This document shows positions 59,913 through 64,000 of a DNA stretch of 64,000 nt, one piece after another. The DNA lies in assembly GCF_009914755.1 (NCBI RefSeq), contig NC_060948.1; one strand, 5' to 3'. Source of the stretch: the human T2T-CHM13v2.0 reference genome, Homo sapiens. The translations under genes were made by a program, and so were the position numbers. Below the pieces are notes generated by a model. It ran no database searches. It saw nothing but the letters and a program-made list of their open reading frames with translations, and had not been told where the DNA came from. How positions within the stretch are numbered: position 1 is the stretch's first letter; each line of letters starts with the position of its first letter.

Positions 59913-62015
59913 AGATCCATATTTTTTAAATGAAAAAAAATTTCAAAGGTACTCTGCTTGGTACAATAATCAAATGTATAAACTGAGGAATAAAACATAA
60001 CCTTGAAACCTACTTATAACTGCATATGGAAAATACAGAGGATAATTTTTTAAATAACGTATTTTGAAAGCCTTAACTAGTAATTTGAAGAGTTGGCATT
60101 TGAAAGGCCAGTATGAATATACCTTCAAAGCAGCAACACAGGTTCCCCATGAGAAAAAGCAAACTCAGGGAAAATAAAACCACAAAGGTTCAATCTCTTC
60201 TGACCTTTGAAAGACACAGCACAGACAGTGGTCCTTAGGACGAAGAGCAGGAGACCCCTAATTCCGTCACCATGGCGATAGGGCATAAACATTGCTGGGT
60301 GAGGGCACAATCCACATTGTGAGGTCCAACTGCTGCCAGGAAGACAGGAGTGCTTTTACATAGACCGAAAGGTCATTGAAGGCTCAGAGTTTTGTTTCAA
60401 GAACTGAATCCCAAGCCCACACGTTATTAGGCTGCGCTTCTTCAAACAAGTTATGAGATGGGAAAAAGGGCACCCACAAACATACGTATACATTATGTAT
60501 ATAATAATATACAGTATCATATATATAATATATATAACCTATGTATAATATTGTTTTACATCCTGCATCTTATGTTATATATATTGTATAAAATATGATA
60601 ATTGATAATATATAAGTTTTATATTTATACAATATGACATATAGTATATATTATAATTTATGACATATATAATATATGTTATATATCATATATAGAATAT
60701 ATTATACGGTTAATATACGTATTAAATATAAATTATACATTATATATATTATATATAATATATCTGTTATATATAATACGCATTATGCATAATATATATA
60801 TTATGTCTATGTTATATATAGTATAAAACAACATATAACAATATATAATTGTATATATAAAATGCGACATATAATATATATTATATTTTATGACATATGT
60901 AATATATATTATATATTGTATATAATACGTTGTATGTATAATACCTATATTAAATATATATTATATGACTATGTTATTAATTACATGTCACATATGTTAT
61001 ATATTATATATTTTACATAGAATATACCGGTTACATACAATATATACTATGTTACCTATAATGTATAATTTATTACATGTAAAAAAAAGAAAGCAATATA
61101 TTATGTATAATTTATAATATACAATATGTGGAATGTGATATATATAACATATAATATATGATATATGATATACAGTATATGATATATAACATACAATATA
61201 TGATACCTAATATATATGGTATACAATATATATTTTATGATATGTATTCTATATGTTTTATATTCTGTTATATGTAACTATTTGAAATTATACATAACTG
61301 TATAATATTTTAGGTAAATATGTAATATAATATATATAACTATATAATATATTATATATAACTATATATTATGTTATATATACTTTTATAACATAATTTA
61401 CATAAAATATCATAATATAATATATATTATATTATTTCATATTACATAATATATATTACATATCACCCAATATAAGTAACATACATAATATTATAATATA
61501 GATTATATTATGTTATATTAAATATCATATATATCATGTATCATATATTCTATAATATATATTATACATTATATAATATGTATGTTGTCTGTTATGTGAT
61601 ATATATAACTATATATAATTATATTATTATACATATAACTAGATAACCATGTAATTCTACATATTTTCATTTATAATATATAGAATTATATAATCATATA
61701 TAATTATTTATATTCTATAAAAAATTATATCATTATATAAATTATAATATATAAAAATTATAATATGTACTACAAATATATATATTATATATCATATATG
61801 ATATAGAACCTTTGTTATATATCATAATACATATAAATGTGTATTATGTTATCTATAATTATATAATTTCATATATAAGTTGTATAATATGTATTATATA
61901 TTATATATGTTATGTAATATATATAGTATATATAAGATGACACAGGATAAATATTATATACTATCACATATAAAATATATGAGGTTATATGTTTCATATA
62001 AGGCATAGCACATAA

Positions 62016-62330
<315 letters not shown>

Positions 62331-64000
62331 AGATCCATATTTTTTAAATGAAAAAAAATTTCAAAGGTACTCTGCTTGGTACAATAATCAAATGTATAAA
62401 CTGAGGAATAAAACATAACCTTGAAACCTACTTATAACTGCATATGGAAAATACAGAGGATAATTTTTTAAATAACATATTTTGAAAGCCTTAACTAGTA
62501 ATTTGAAGAGTTGGCATTTGAAAGGCCAGTATGAATATACCTTCAAAGCAGCAACACAGGTTCCCCATGAGAAAAAGCAAACTCAGGGAAAATAAAACCA
62601 CAAAGGTTCAATCTCTTCTGACCTTTGAAAGACACAGCACAGACAGTGGTCCTTAGGACGAAGAGCAGGAGACCCCTAATTCCGTCACCATGGCGATAGG
62701 GCATAAACATTGCTGGGTGAGGGCACAATCCACATTGTGAGGTCCAACTGCTGCCAGGAAGACAGGAGTGCTTTTACATAGACCGAAAGGTCATTGAAGG
62801 CTCAGAGTTTTGTTTCAAGAACTGAATCCCAAGCCCACACGTTATTAGGCTGCGCTTCTTCAAACAAGTTATGAGATGGGAAAAAGGGCACCCACAAACA
62901 TACGTATACATTATGTATATAATAATATACAGTATCATATATATAATATATATAACCTATGTATAATATTGTTTTACATCCTGCATCTTATGTTATATAT
63001 ATTGTATAAAATATAATAATTGATAATATATAAGTTTTATATTTATACAATATGACATATAGTATAAATTATAATTTATGACATATATAATATATGTTAT
63101 ATATCATATATAGAATATATTATACGGTTAATATACGTATTAAATATAAATTATACATTATATATATTATATATAATATATCTGTTATATATAATACGCA
63201 TTATGCATAATATATATATTATGTCTATGTTATATATAGTATAAAACAACATATAACAATATATAATTGTATATATAAAATGCGACATATAATATATATT
63301 ATATTTTATGACATATGTAATATATATTATATATTGTATATAATACGTTGTATGTATAATACCTATATTAAATATATATTATATGACTATGTTATTAATT
63401 ACATGTCACATATGTTATATATTATATATTTTACATAGAATATACCGGTTACATACAATATATACTATGTTACCTATAATGTATAATTTATTACATGTAA
63501 AAAAAAGAAAGCAATATATTATGTATAATTTATAATATACAATATGTGGAATGTGATATATATAACATATAATATATGATATATGATATACAGTATATGA
63601 TATATAACATACAATATATGATACCTAATATATATGGTATACAATATATATTTTATGATATGTATTCTATATGTTTTATATTCTGTTATATGTAACTATT
63701 TGAAATTATATATAACTGTATAATATTTTAGGTAAATATGTAATATAATATATATAACTATATAATATATTATATATAACTATATATTATGTTATATATA
63801 CCTTTATAACATAATTTACATAAAATATCATAATATAATATATATTATATTATTTCATATTACATAATATATATTACATATCACCCAATATAAGTAACAT
63901 ACATAATATTATAATATAGATTATATTATGTTATATTAAATATCATATATATCATGTATCATATATTCTATAATATATATTATACATTATATAATATGTA

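Overview
The whole 64 kb window is one head-to-tail tandem array of a ~2.41-2.42 kb composite repeat: 26 complete units plus a partial 27th, all in the same orientation. Each unit has about 1.55 kb of very AT-rich low-complexity DNA, a ~290 bp minus-strand Alu missing its extreme 5' end, and a ~0.55 kb mixed-composition segment. This architecture, and a predicted ~2.14 kb HaeIII fragment, match the human DYZ2/HSat1B satellite, best known from Yq12 heterochromatin. Related copies lie on acrocentric short arms, so the chromosome is inferred. There are no credible protein-coding or RNA genes; every listed ORF is a by-product of the repeat. I found no new gene system. The real signal is the array's internal history, read by eye from diagnostic variants: a distinct monomer subfamily (units 1-5), a nearly perfect 19.35 kb 8-unit tandem duplication, an older 4-unit A-B-C-D higher-order pattern, and chimeric monomers whose crossover points map to within tens of bases. 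Unit starts, at the AAAACAAGTT/CAAACAAGTT motif: U1 1, U2 2410, U3 4821, U4 7242, U5 9657, U6 12067, U7 14485, U8 16898, U9 19318, U10 21736, U11 24158, U12 26578, U13 28996, U14 31416, U15 33836, U16 36249, U17 38669, U18 41087, U19 43507, U20 45927, U21 48345, U22 50765, U23 53185, U24 55605, U25 58023, U26 60443, U27 62861 (partial).
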